Assembly (NCBI GenBank): GCA_963728205.1
Contig: CAVSIV010000001.1
Location: 1,218,372 to 1,282,371, forward strand
Source: an uncultured Chloroflexia bacterium
GTDB lineage: Bacteria; Chloroflexota; Dehalococcoidia; UBA2979
Direction of reading: 5' to 3'
DNA length: 64,000 nucleotides
The notes beneath the pieces were generated by a model. The model did not search any database and was not told where the DNA came from. It worked only from the letters and a program-made list of their open reading frames with translations. The first letter of the stretch is position 1, and the number at the start of each line of letters is the position of its first letter. The position numbers and the translations under genes are program-made. Below are positions 32,969 through 43,282 of the stretch, in pieces.

Positions 32969-33450
32969 GACTCCCCTCCGCGGGCCTCGCGCCGGTGCCA
33001 GCGCAGCGGGGCCGGGTCACCGAGATGGCCGGCCAGCGCGGCCCGGACCTCGGACTCGAGCCGCCGTGGACGGGCGGCCGCGAAGTCGTAGAGGACGAGC
33101 CCGGTCTCGGCGACGGCATACAGGGCGGTTCCGACGTCCTCGGGGTCGCGGACGACGTAGCCGAGATCGAACCCCGCGCCGCCGATCCCGGTCACCCACA
33201 TGTCGACCTCGATCGGCGCATGCCGGTAGGTGAGCGGCGCGCGGTACTCGATCTCGTGCCGCGACACGATGACGCCCTCGTCGAGCAGCGACCGGGTCTG
33301 ACCGAACCACTCCCGGAAGCCGATGACCCGGGCATCCTCGAGGAGCCGGAGGTACTGGACGTTGTTGACATGGCCGTAGGCGTCCATGTCGCTCCAGCGC
33401 AGCGGGACCTGGACGCGGTACGGCCGGGGGCTGCTCTGGGCGGGATCCAT
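32965..33450 (-). CDS. Hotdog-fold acyl-CoA thioesterase (4HBT/YbgC-like)
   Basis: LRWSDMDAYGHVNNVQY...EDAR, EYRAPL. Confidence 0.9.
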   Translation of the reverse strand: MDPAQSSPRPYRVQVPLRWSDMDAYGHVNNVQYLRLLEDARVIGFREWFGQTRSLLDEGVIVSRHEIEYRAPLTYRHAPIEVDMWVTGIGGAGFDLGYVVRDPEDVGTALYAVAETGLVLYDFAAARPRRLESEVRAALAGHLGDPAPLRWHRREARGGES

Positions 33451-33505
33451 GGGGCCAGTGTGTCAGGGCCGGGTGAAACCGTCGGGTCGCGCCTAGGGTG
33501 GCGGT

Positions 33506-34859
33506 GTGCCCCTCGACCCGCGCACCGCAGCCCACCTCGACCATCTGCTCGCCACCGCCCAGCAGCGACGGGCGCGCGCCCTCACTCGTCGCCGGCCTCG
33601 TCCGGAGCGGCTCGCTCGTCTGGCACGGGGCGGCGGGCACCCTCGACGGGCGGGCCCCGGGCACCCCGGCCGACGACGACACCCAGTACCGGATGGGGTC
33701 GATCACCAAGACGTTCGTCGGCGTCTGCGTCATGCGGCTGCGCGACGCCGGGCGGCTGTCCCTCACCGACCGGCTCGAGGAGCACGTGCCCGGGTCGTCC
33801 CTCGGGGAGGCCACGATCGAGCAGCTCCTCTCGCACGCGGGCGGGGTCCAGGCGGAGACGCCCGGGCCATGGTGGGAGCGCACCCCCGGCGGCGACTGGG
33901 ACGCCCTCGTCGCCTCGCCTGTCGTCCAGCGGTTCCGCGGCGGTCGGCGGTTCCACTACAGCAACGTCGGGTATGCCGCCCTCGGCCGGCTTCTCGAGGT
34001 CCGGCACGGGCGAGCGTGGTACGACGTCGTCCGGCCGAGCTGCTCGAGCCGCTCGGGATGACCCGGACGACGACCCGACCGACCGGGCAGGGCGGCAGCA
34101 GGACGGGCGGTGCATCCGTTCGCCGACGTCCTGATGCCCGAGCCGGAGCACGATGCCGGCGCGATGGCCCCCGCCGGGCAGCTGTGGAGCACCGTGCGCG
34201 ACCTGGCCCGATGGGCGGCGTTCCTCGGCGGGGACACCGCCGGGCTGCTCGCCACCGACACCCTCGCCGAGATGGTCGAGCCGCACCACGTCGTCGACGA
34301 ACCCGGTCAGCCGTGGACGACGGCCCATGGCCTGGGCTGGCAGGTCTGGAACGTCGGCGGGATCCGGTATGCCGGTCACGGCGGGTCGATGCCCGGCTTC
34401 CTCGCCGCGCTCCGGGTCCGGCTGGACTCCGGCGACGGGGTCGTCACGATGCGCAACGCAACAGCGGCGCCGCCGACCCGGCACTCGCCGAGGACCTTCT
34501 CACGCGCTCGGCGACCTCGAGCCCCGCCGGTCGCGCCGTGGTCCGCCGACGGCGACCCGGGCCTGCTCGACGTCCTCGGCATCTGGCACTGGGGGCCGAC
34601 GGCGGAGATCGCTCGCCTCGAGGCCGGACACCTCGTGCTCGGCGAGCCGGGCGTGCGACGCGGGTCCCGGTTCGCCCGGGTCGGGGCCGACGAGTGGGTC
34701 GGCCTCGACGGCTACTACACCGGGGAGCCACTGCGGGTCGTCCGGCATCGCGACGGCACGGTGTCGCACCTCGACCTCGCATCGTTCCGGTTCACCCGGA
34801 CGCCGTACGACCCGTCGGCCGACATCCCCGGCGGGGTCGACGAGGACGGCTGGCGCTAG
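33506..34859 (+). CDS. Serine hydrolase, beta-lactamase/PBP-like (frameshifted)
   Basis: GSITK (SxxK), LLSHAGG, YSN, HGGSMPG. Confidence 0.85.
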
Positions 34860-34921
34860 CGGCCCGTCCTCGACGTCACCGGCTTCACGCCGTGTCGGCG
34901 GCACGGCATACGGTGGCGGGG

Positions 34922-37099
34922 ATGCCGACCACCGACCCGCCGCCGTGACCGCCGCCGGCCGCCGCCCGCGCACGCGGACCTCGCCGACCGCGCCGGCGCG
35001 GCGCTGCGCCGGCTCGTCGGCGACCCGGACGCCGCCTTCCGCGACGGGCCAGCTCGAGGCGGTCGAGCGCGCTCGTCGAGCGGCGGCGCCCGGGTGCTCG
35101 TCGTCCAGCGCACCGGCTGGGGGAAGTCGGCCGTCTACTTCGTCGCGACCGCGCTGCGCCGGGCCGAGGGCGCCGGGCCGACCGCTCATCGTCTCGCCGC
35201 TGCTCGCGCTCATGCGCGACCAGATCGCCGCCGCCGAGCGGGCCGGCATCCGCGCCGTGACGATGAACTCGGCGAACGCCGACGGAGTGGGACGACGTGC
35301 GGGCGGCCCTCGCCGCCGACGAGGTCGACGTGCTGCTCGTCAGCCCCGAGCGGCTGAACAACCCGCGATTCCGCGACGAGCAGCTGCCCGACCTCGCTGC
35401 GGCGCTGCGGGCTGCTCGTCGTCGACGAGGCGCACTGCATCAGCGACTGGGGCCACGACTTCCGGCCCGACTACCGGCGGATCCGCGACCTGCTGATCGG
35501 CCTGCCCCGAGGCGTGCCGGTGCTGGCGACGACGGCGACCGCCAACGCCCGGGTCGTCGACGACGTCGTCGAGCAGCTCGGGCGTCGGGCGGCGCGCGCG
35601 GTGCGGACGATCCGCGGCGGCTGGCCCGCGACTCGCCTGCGCCTGGGCGTGCGCCGCCGCTGCCGCCCGACGCAGCGGCTCGGCTGGCTGCTCGCCCACC
35701 TCGGCGACCTGCCCGGCAGCGGCATCGTCTACACCCTGACCGTCGCGGCCGCCGAGGACGTCGCCGGCGCGCTGCGCCGACGCCGGGCACGACGTGGCGC
35801 GCCTACACCGGGCGCACCGACCCGGCCGAGCGTGAGCGAGCTCGAGGCGGCGCTGCGCGACCAACGAGGTCAAGGCGCTGGTGGCCACCTCGGCCCTGGG
35901 CATGGGGTTCGACAAGCCCGACCTCGGGTTCGTCGTCCACCTCGGGGCGCCGTCGTCGCCGGTCGCCTACTACCAGCAGGTCGGGCCGCGCCGGGCGGGC
36001 GACCGAGCGCGCCGACGTGCTGCTGCTGCCGGGCCCGGAGGACCGCGACATCTGGCGCTACTTCGCCACCGCGTCGATGCCCCGCGCAGGACCAGGCCGA
36101 CGCCGTGCTGGCGGCCCTGGCGGAGGCGGCGACGGCCGCTGTCGACCGCGGCGCTCGAGACCGTGGTCGACGTGCGCCGGACCCGGCTCGAGCTGCTGCT
36201 CAAGGTGCTCGACGTCGACGGCGCCGTGTCGCCGGGTCTCCGGCGGGTGGGTGCGCACCGGGCAGCGAGTGGGTCTACGACGCGCGAGCGTTACGCGCGG
36301 GTGGCCCGGGCCCGCGCGCGGACGAGCAGCCGCTCATGCTCGCCTACGAGCGCGCCGGACGGCTGCCGGATGGCGCTTCTCCAGGGCTACCTCGACGACC
36401 CGACGGCGACCGCCCTGCGGGCGGTGCGACGTCTGCGCCGGCACCTGGTTCCCGACCGACGGTGCCCGGCGCGGGTCGTCGGCGCGGCCCAGGACCGGCT
36501 CGCCCGGGTCGGCGTCCCGATCGAGCCACGGGCGCAGTGGCCGACGCGGGATGTCCCGGCTCGGGGTCGCCGTGGCGGGCCGCATCCCCGCCGACGAGGC
36601 GATGTCCCCCGGGCGGGCGCTCGCCCGGCTCACCGACCTCGGCTGGGGCCAGCGGCTGCGCGAGGTGCTGCGCGGGCGACACCCCCGCGTCGACCGAGCT
36701 CTCGACGCCTGCGTCAGGGTGCTCGCCGAGTGGGACTGGGCGCGAGCGACCGGTCGGCGTCGTTGCCATGCCGTCGCGGCGGCATCCCGAGCTCGTCGCC
36801 TCGCTCGCCGCCGGTCTCGCGCAGGTCGGCCGGCTGCCCCTTCTCGGCACCGTGTCCCTCGAGCCGCGGTGGGCCGACCGGCGAACCGGGCGGCAACAGC
36901 GCCTTCCGGCTCGCCGGGGTCTGGGACCGGTTCGCCGTCGGCGCGGACCTCGCCGCCGCGCTCGCACGGCTCGACGGGCCGGTGCTGCTCGTCGACGACC
37001 TCGTCGACTCCCGCTGGACGGTCACCGTCGCGGCCCGGATGCTGCGGGTCGGCCGGGGCTCGCGCCGTCCTCCCCTTCGCCCTGGCCACGGCAGGTTGA
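34922..37099 (+). CDS. RecQ-family helicase with C-terminal PRTase-like domain (many frameshifts)
   Basis: VQRTGWGKS, VSPLLALM, SPERL, VDEAHCISDWGHDFRPDY, ATSALGMGFDKPD, CxxC, LLVDDLVDSRWT. Confidence 0.88.
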
Positions 37100-37160
37100 G
37101 GACGGAGGACCTCGATGGCCCACCCGCCGCGGACGGCGCAGCGGCACTAGGGTGCGAGGC

Positions 37161-38141
37161 GTGACCAGTGACGCCGCGGACCCACCCGTCGACCGGATCG
37201 CCGAGCTGCTCGACGTCCTCGACCTCACCGAGGTCGGCACCGCCCGGGCCGACGTGCGTCCCGTCATCAGCGCGACGGGCGTGACGCTTGCGGACGCCGA
37301 GCCGGCCGATGTCTTCGCCGAGGACATCACGGTCTTCATCGGCCAGAGCCAGAAGATGCCGCACGGGCGGGTCTTCGGCGGCCAGGTTCTCGCCCAGGGC
37401 GTCATCGCGGCCGGCCGGACCGTCATGGCCGAGCCGGACGCGCCGGTCCGGGTGCTGCACTCGCTGCACGCCTACTTCATGCGTCCGGGCGACGACACCA
37501 GGCCGATCCACTTCTCCGTCGAGCGGATGCGCGACGGGCGGTCCTTCTCCACCCGTCGGGTCCACGCCATCCAGCACGACAAGCCGATCCTGTCGATGAT
37601 CGCGTCGTTCCAGGAGCCGGCGGGCGGCCTCGATCACCAGGACCCGATGCCGTCGGTGCCCGGGCCGGACGGGCTGGCGTCGCTCGCCGACGCCTTCGCC
37701 GGGATCGACCACCCCGGAGCGAAGCACCTGGCCGAGGGCCGGGCCATCGAGCAGCGACACGTCGAGGGCAACCTCTATCTGTCGCCCGGGGCCGACCAGG
37801 TCGCCCGCCAGCACGTGTGGCTCCGCGCGATCGGCCGGCTGCCCGACGACCCGCTCATCCACCAGGCGGTGCTCGCCTACGCGTCGGACTACTCGTTGCT
37901 CGAGCCGGTGATCCGCCGGCACGGGATCACCTGGACCGACCCTCGGCTGCGTCCGGCGAGCCTCGACCACTCGATGTGGTTCCACCGTCCGGGTCGGGCC
38001 GACGACTGGATCCTCTACGCCTCCCAGTCGCCGTCAGCGCAGGGTGGTCGCGGTCTGGGCCTCGGGACGATGTATGCCGCAGACGGTCGCCTCGTCGCGA
38101 CCGTCGCGCAGGAGGGCATGCTGCGGATCCGCCACAGCTGA
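37161..38141 (+). CDS. tesB: Acyl-CoA thioesterase II
   Basis: GRVFGGQV, HSLHAYF.RPG, RDGRSF, YASD, SLDHSMWFH, QEG. Confidence 0.93.
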   Translation: MTSDAADPPVDRIAELLDVLDLTEVGTARADVRPVISATGVTLADAEPADVFAEDITVFIGQSQKMPHGRVFGGQVLAQGVIAAGRTVMAEPDAPVRVLHSLHAYFMRPGDDTRPIHFSVERMRDGRSFSTRRVHAIQHDKPILSMIASFQEPAGGLDHQDPMPSVPGPDGLASLADAFAGIDHPGAKHLAEGRAIEQRHVEGNLYLSPGADQVARQHVWLRAIGRLPDDPLIHQAVLAYASDYSLLEPVIRRHGITWTDPRLRPASLDHSMWFHRPGRADDWILYASQSPSAQGGRGLGLGTMYAADGRLVATVAQEGMLRIRHS

Positions 38142-38223
38142 GGAGCCGCCGCGTGGGCCCGGCCCTCACAGGTAGACCGGGTGCCCGCCGCCCGACCAGG
38201 GCGGCGGGGTGGGGCGGACCGGG

Positions 38224-38553
38224 TCAGATGAGGACCGGCGGGGTCACCTTCAGCCGGGCCGACACATCCCGGTCCGGACCCGATGGCCCGGCCACCGCGA
38301 ATCTCGCCCCGGCCTCCGTGACGAGGTGGTGCACCTCGGTCAGCAGTGCGATCGACTCGAGGACGAGCTCAGCGCGGGTGAGGTCGGCAACGACCACCGA
38401 CGGCCGGGCCTCGAGGGCCTGCTCGAGGCTGCACCGACAGGAGTCCGTCGTCGCGGCGTCGACCGGTCCGACGAGGGTGATGACGGCCGCATCCGCCAAC
38501 AGCCGAACCCGTGGGGCGGCGGCCGGGGAGACAAGGGCGGGATCGCTCGACAA
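38224..38553 (-). CDS. STAS domain anti-sigma-factor antagonist-like protein
   Basis: VITLVGPVDAAT...VVVADLT...SIALL...AGARFAVA; TTG start after GGAGG. Confidence 0.7.
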   Translation of the reverse strand: MSSDPALVSPAAAPRVRLLADAAVITLVGPVDAATTDSCRCSLEQALEARPSVVVADLTRAELVLESIALLTEVHHLVTEAGARFAVAGPSGPDRDVSARLKVTPPVLI

Positions 38554-38606
38554 CTGACCTCCTGTGCTGTCACCCCACCATGCCGTGGCCGGCTTGCCGT
38601 CGACGA

Positions 38607-38620
38607 GGGACCGAAGTCCC
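38607..38620. promoter_or_regulatory. DosR/DevR-box-like site
   Basis: GGGAC-CGA-AGTCCC versus the DosR core GGGAC-TWW-AGTCCC, 54 bp upstream of the STAS gene. Confidence 0.6.
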
Positions 38621-38747
38621 GGCATCGGTCGACACATGACGGACGACCGGCGCCGAGGTCGGCTCAGGTGGTGTCGCCACCACCGGGGCCGCTCGGCCTG
38701 GCTCCGGTCGCTCGACGTGCCCCACCCGGAGCACGGCGCCGCTCGGG

Positions 38748-39160
38748 CTACCCGGGAGACCCCACGAGCAGGTTGATGTCCCATGGATCTGCCCTCTCGT
38801 CCGCGCCCGGGAGGGATCCCTCGTCGGCGGACGGGATGAAGCCCTGCATCGCCGCCCAGAGCAGCGCGCGAACCCGGTCGCGTTCGACGCTGGTCGCCGG
38901 GGCCGACCCGTCGTCGGCGAGACGAGCCGCAGACCCGGTCCCGCCGCCGCCCGCGGCGCGATGAGGAACCCGAACGGCCCGGCTCCTGCGGGCTCGGGAT
39001 ACAGGTTCACCTGGACCGCCCCGAAGGTTCGCACGACCACGGCGGGCCGTGGCTGGCGTGCGCCCAGGCGGACCGCGCCTCGCGACGGCGCCGGCCGAGG
39101 CCCCGAGGATCGCCGACTCGCCAGGTCCGTGGGTTGGACCACATCCGTGGGCTGGACCAT
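38748..39160 (-). CDS. Hypothetical protein (probably frameshifted near 38940)
   Basis: GGAGG RBS; VVVRTFGAVQVNLYPEP..PFGFLI, then in another frame ERDRVRALLWAAMQGFIP. Confidence 0.35.
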
Positions 39161-39285
39161 GTCCCCCTCCCCGCTGACTCGATCCTGTGCATCGTCCGTC
39201 GATCGTGCCCGGCGCTGGAGCCGCCCACCAGGGAAGGAGGTCCCGGGTGCGAGCATCGAACCGGTTCCGGCGCTTCGGGCCGGCC

Positions 39286-39317
39286 GGCACCTTCGGACCA
39301 GCCGGGACCTTCGACCC
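39286..39317. promoter_or_regulatory. Tandem DosR-box-like sites
   Basis: ggcaccttcggacc and gggaccttcgaccc at an 18-bp period. Confidence 0.4.
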
Positions 39318-39560
39318 TGGTGGCCCGATGGCGGCGGCTCCTATCGTCGGCAGCGCCGGATCGCTGAGGTTCGTGATGTCCACGGGGTCGGTCACGTCCA
39401 TCGCCATCGGGTTGAACGGCGGGCCTGTGATGTCAGGAGGCACCAGGGGGCGGGCTCGCCGTTCGCCGATCCGGACCCAGCGCGTCCCGGACCCGCCCGA
39501 CCCGTGCCGAGGCATCGGCGACGCCGAGGGACGGCGCACGGGGCCGACGAGGCCGAGGAA

Positions 39561-40236
39561 CTACCGCGGCGGCCGTTCGCCCCTGACCGCGAACACGGCG
39601 GCCTGGGTCCGCCGGGTGAAGCCGAGCTTGCCGAGGATCTGCGTGACGTGGTTCTTCACCGTCTTCTCGCTGTTCCCGAGCCGGTCGCCGATCTGCCTGT
39701 TGGTCAGTCCTTCGGCGATGAGATCGAGGATGCGACGTTCCTGGGGGGTCAACGTCGACAGGCGTGGGTCACCCGAGGCAGGGTCCTCTCGGTCCAGGAG
39801 TTCCGCGACGGCGTGGCTGTCGATGAGCATCTCCGCCGCGACCCGGCGCAGTGAGGTGGCGAGGTCATCGCTGCGGATCTGCTTGAGCACGAACCCCGCG
39901 GCACCGGCGAGGACCGCTGACAGACGTGCCTCGTCATCGTCGTAGGTCGTGACCATGACCGCTCGGATGCGCGGGTCGCGGGCCCGCACCCGGCGGCATA
40001 CCTCGATGCCCGACCCGTCGGGCAGGCGCACATCGAGCAGCGCGACGTCGGGACGCAACGCGGGGATCCGGCGGATCGCCTCGCGGGCAGAGGCGGACTC
40101 CCCGACGACGAGGAACCCTCCCGCGGAGAGAAAGCAGCTCGCGTAGGCCTCGCCGGACCATCTCGTGGTCGTCGAGGAGGAAGACCCGGATCGGAGGGGA
40201 GGTGGCCCCCGGGGCAACGGTGGTCGCGCTCACCAC
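39561..40236 (-). CDS. DosR/DevR-like NarL-family response regulator (frameshift near 40130)
   Basis: IRVFLLDDHEMVRRGL, PDVALLDVRLPDGSGIEVCR, LTPQERRIL..GLTNRQI..EKTVKNHV..KLG..RRTQAAV. Confidence 0.9.
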
Positions 40237-40374
40237 GCTCCATCTCCCTCCTCGACCGTCCTGACAGGATAGGGGGCCGGGGTGGGCAGGTGGGCGTGGC
40301 CTTCGCGGTTGGTGCTCGCGATGCCGTTGATGACCTGGGCGGGATCGCCATGTGGGCAGGGTGGGTGGTCCGGG

Positions 40375-40782
40375 TCACCGTCGCCGGCCGGCGTCCCGGC
40401 CGAGGGCTCCCAGGGCAGCCGGGACGGTGGGGTAGGTGGGGTAGAGCGGCGCGACCCTGGTCCGCTCGAGCACATCATGGTCACCGGGTGTGAGCCCGGC
40501 GAGAACGAGGGCCACACCGGCACGGGCGGTCCGACGGCGGATCAGCCCCAACAGCCCGATCGTGAACGGCGACAGGTCGAGGTCGGTCAGGTCGGCGATG
40601 ATCACCCGGGGCCGGCCCACGAGGGCGATCTCGACGGCCGTCAGGGCGGCTTCGACGCAGGCCCCCGAGGGGACAACCGTCGGGCGGTCCGTCGTGCCGG
40701 TGAGGGTCAGCACTGTCGACTCGCCGAGGCCGCGCACGGAGGCGCTGAGTGCTTCGGGCGCGTGGCCGGCGTGGACGGACAT
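40375..40782 (-). CDS. STAS domain protein
   Basis: TVLTLTG..VIIADLTDL..IGLL..RR...GVALVLAG...VLE.T..LYPTYPTVPAAL. Confidence 0.75.
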   Translation of the reverse strand: MSVHAGHAPEALSASVRGLGESTVLTLTGTTDRPTVVPSGACVEAALTAVEIALVGRPRVIIADLTDLDLSPFTIGLLGLIRRRTARAGVALVLAGLTPGDHDVLERTRVAPLYPTYPTVPAALGALGRDAGRRR

Positions 40783-40841
40783 GATCGACCTCCCTGGCGC
40801 TGCTCGTCATCGACCCTGGCCGTCGTCGCGCGGATGTTCCA

Positions 40842-40855
40842 GGGGATTAGGTCCC
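40842..40855. promoter_or_regulatory. DosR-box-like site
   Basis: Minus strand GGGACCTAATCCCC, 60 bp upstream of the second STAS gene. Confidence 0.4.
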
Positions 40856-40909
40856 GGGCCGGCGCCGGCACCGCAGACCCGACGGACCCGCCACCAGCGC
40901 CCTCGGCCC

Positions 40910-43172
40910 CTATCCGTCGCCGCGATCGTCGTCGGGTAGCGGGCACGACCACACCAGATGGGTCCCGCCGTTCTCACCGCGGGTCAGCCGGGTCGTGCCA
41001 TGGCGCGCGGCGGCACGGTGCTCGATGTTGGCGATCCCATAACCGCGGGGCGGCGGGGGGGGAGGCCGATGCCATCGTCGTCCACGATGAGGACGAGCTG
41101 GTTGTCCTGCAGGGCGATCATGACGCGGGTGTGCCTCGCGCCGGCGTGCCGGGCGACGTTGGCCAGGGCCTCGCGCAGGACGCTGACGACATCGGCCGCC
41201 ACGACGCCGGGCACCCGGTCCACCGGTCCGTCGACAACAAGCTCCGGTTCGTGTCCGAGGAGCCGGCTCGCCTCGGACACGAGGTCGTGCACGACGCGGT
41301 CCAGGGGGGCCCGCTCGGGTCCGGCGCGCAGCTCGAAGACGATGCGCCGCAGCCTCCGAACGGCCTCCTCGAGCTGGGTGACCCAGTCCAGGGCACGGGC
41401 CCGGTCGGCCTGGCCGGCCTGATCCGCCCCGGCGGAGATCTGCATCCCCACGGCGATGATGTCCTGGATGACCGAGTCGTGCAGGTCACGGGCAATGCGC
41501 TGTCTGTCCTCCAGCAGTTCCAGGCGCTGCTGGTCCACCCGGACCTGGGCGAGGCGGAAGGCCAGCCGCGCCTGGGTGGCGAACCGGGCGAGCCGGTCGA
41601 CATCGTCCTCGGTGAAGGGTGGCCGGCCCCGTGCCCCGACGACCGCGAGCACCCCCAGGCTCCGTGGGTCCTTCTTGCTGAACGGCGCCATGGCGATCGG
41701 TCCGAGGGCCGAGGCCAGCGGCTCGGGGGTTCCCGCCGGAGGAGCAGCCAGGGCCGTCGGTGTGTCCGGGAGCCGAACGCTGAGGGACAGGTCCTCGTTC
41801 ACGTCGATCCGGCCGTCCGAGATCGGCGCGACTTGTCGCCGACGGCCGCACCCAACCGAACCGCACTGCCCGGGCCACTGACGCGCAGCAGCAGGACCGC
41901 GCCTTCCGCGTCGACGATACGCGCGGAGCACGCGGCGATCTGGTGGAGCAGCTCGGCCTCGGGGACGTCCGCCAGGACCGCCTTCGCGATGTCGGCGACG
42001 CAGCCGCTGAGGACCGCATCCCGCTCCCGCTGGGCCTGTCGCACCATCCGCTCGGTGACGTCGACGAAGTGGGCGATGGCCAATGGCCCCGGCACCCCGG
42101 GGAGCTCGAAGGCGGCGATACGGGCTTCGGCCCAGACGGTGGCTCCATCGACGAGGTAGCGCCTCAGATCGGCCTGCCGCGTCCGCGTCGACGAGGCCAT
42201 CTCGATGAACCGCTCGGTCCTGGCCGACCGGTCCTCGGGGAAGGTGAACCTCTCGAGGCTGCTGCCGATCAGGTCCGCGACGCTGCAGCCGAACATCTCG
42301 GCCAGGGACTGGTTGGCCATGATGATGGTCGGGCCGGCGTTCGGCGACAGGGCGAGAACGCTGGCCCCGACCGGGGCCTGCTCGAAGGTGGTCCGGAACG
42401 CCTCCTCGCTCGCACGAAGCTGCTCCTCCCGGTCCAGGCGGTCGCGCAGGTCCCGGGCCACGGCCACAACGTGCCGTGATCCGTCCGCATCGGTCACCAG
42501 GCACTGATGCATCTCCACGGGGATCCGTTCGCCGGACCTGCCGTGCAGCATGTCGTCGACGAACGGCGAGGAGAGCTCCCGGCCCGTCGGCGCGTCAGCC
42601 ACCGCGGGGCCGGCCGCGGCCATGGCCCGGGTCATCGCTGTGGAGATCGGGCCGCCGACGAGCTCCTCAGGGGTGTATCCCGTCAGTGTGGTCAGCGCCT
42701 CGTTGGCGTACTCGACCTGGGATGTCGTCGCGTCGGTGACGACGACCGCATCCGGGACGAGATCGAGCATCGTCATCAGCCAGGTCCGCTCGCGCTCGAG
42801 TGCATGCCGGCGGGTGGCATCCCGGACCGCCGCCACCGTCATGGTCCGGCCGTCGATCCGGGCAGGTGCCAGCGCGATCTCCACGACGCACTCCGAGCCG
42901 TCCCGCCTCCGCAGGCGCAGATCCGCGCCATCGCCCATCAACCGGGACCGGGGGGCCAGCCGGTAGGCACGGTGCAGCTCGGCATGCCCCTGCCGAAGGT
43001 CCTCCGGCACGAGGATCTCGGCCGGCCGGCCGACGAGCTCGTGCGCGCGGTAGCCCGACAGCTCCTCGAGCCGGGCGTTGACATAGGTCGTCAGCCCCTG
43101 GCCGTCCGTCACCAGCACTCCGTCCGGCGATGCGTCCACGATCGCCCGGTACACCCCGGCAATGGGCTCCAT
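40910..43172 (-). CDS. PAS-PAS-PAS-GAF sensor histidine kinase, HisKA_3 (DosS/DosT-like); frameshifts near 41830 and 41020
   Basis: Three PAS repeats (SPDGV..N, VPDAV..N, APVG..N), GAF-like FTEDD..FA.QA, EDRQRIARDLHDSVIQ, REALANVARHA, DDGIG, GYGIANI. Confidence 0.88.
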
Positions 43173-43282
43173 CTGACACTCGTACACCCGCGGGCGTACG
43201 GGGGCCTGGTGGCGTGGGGGAGATCACGATGACCGCGGGAACGCCGACCGGGCTCTGGACGGTTCCGGCGTAGCCTGGATGC

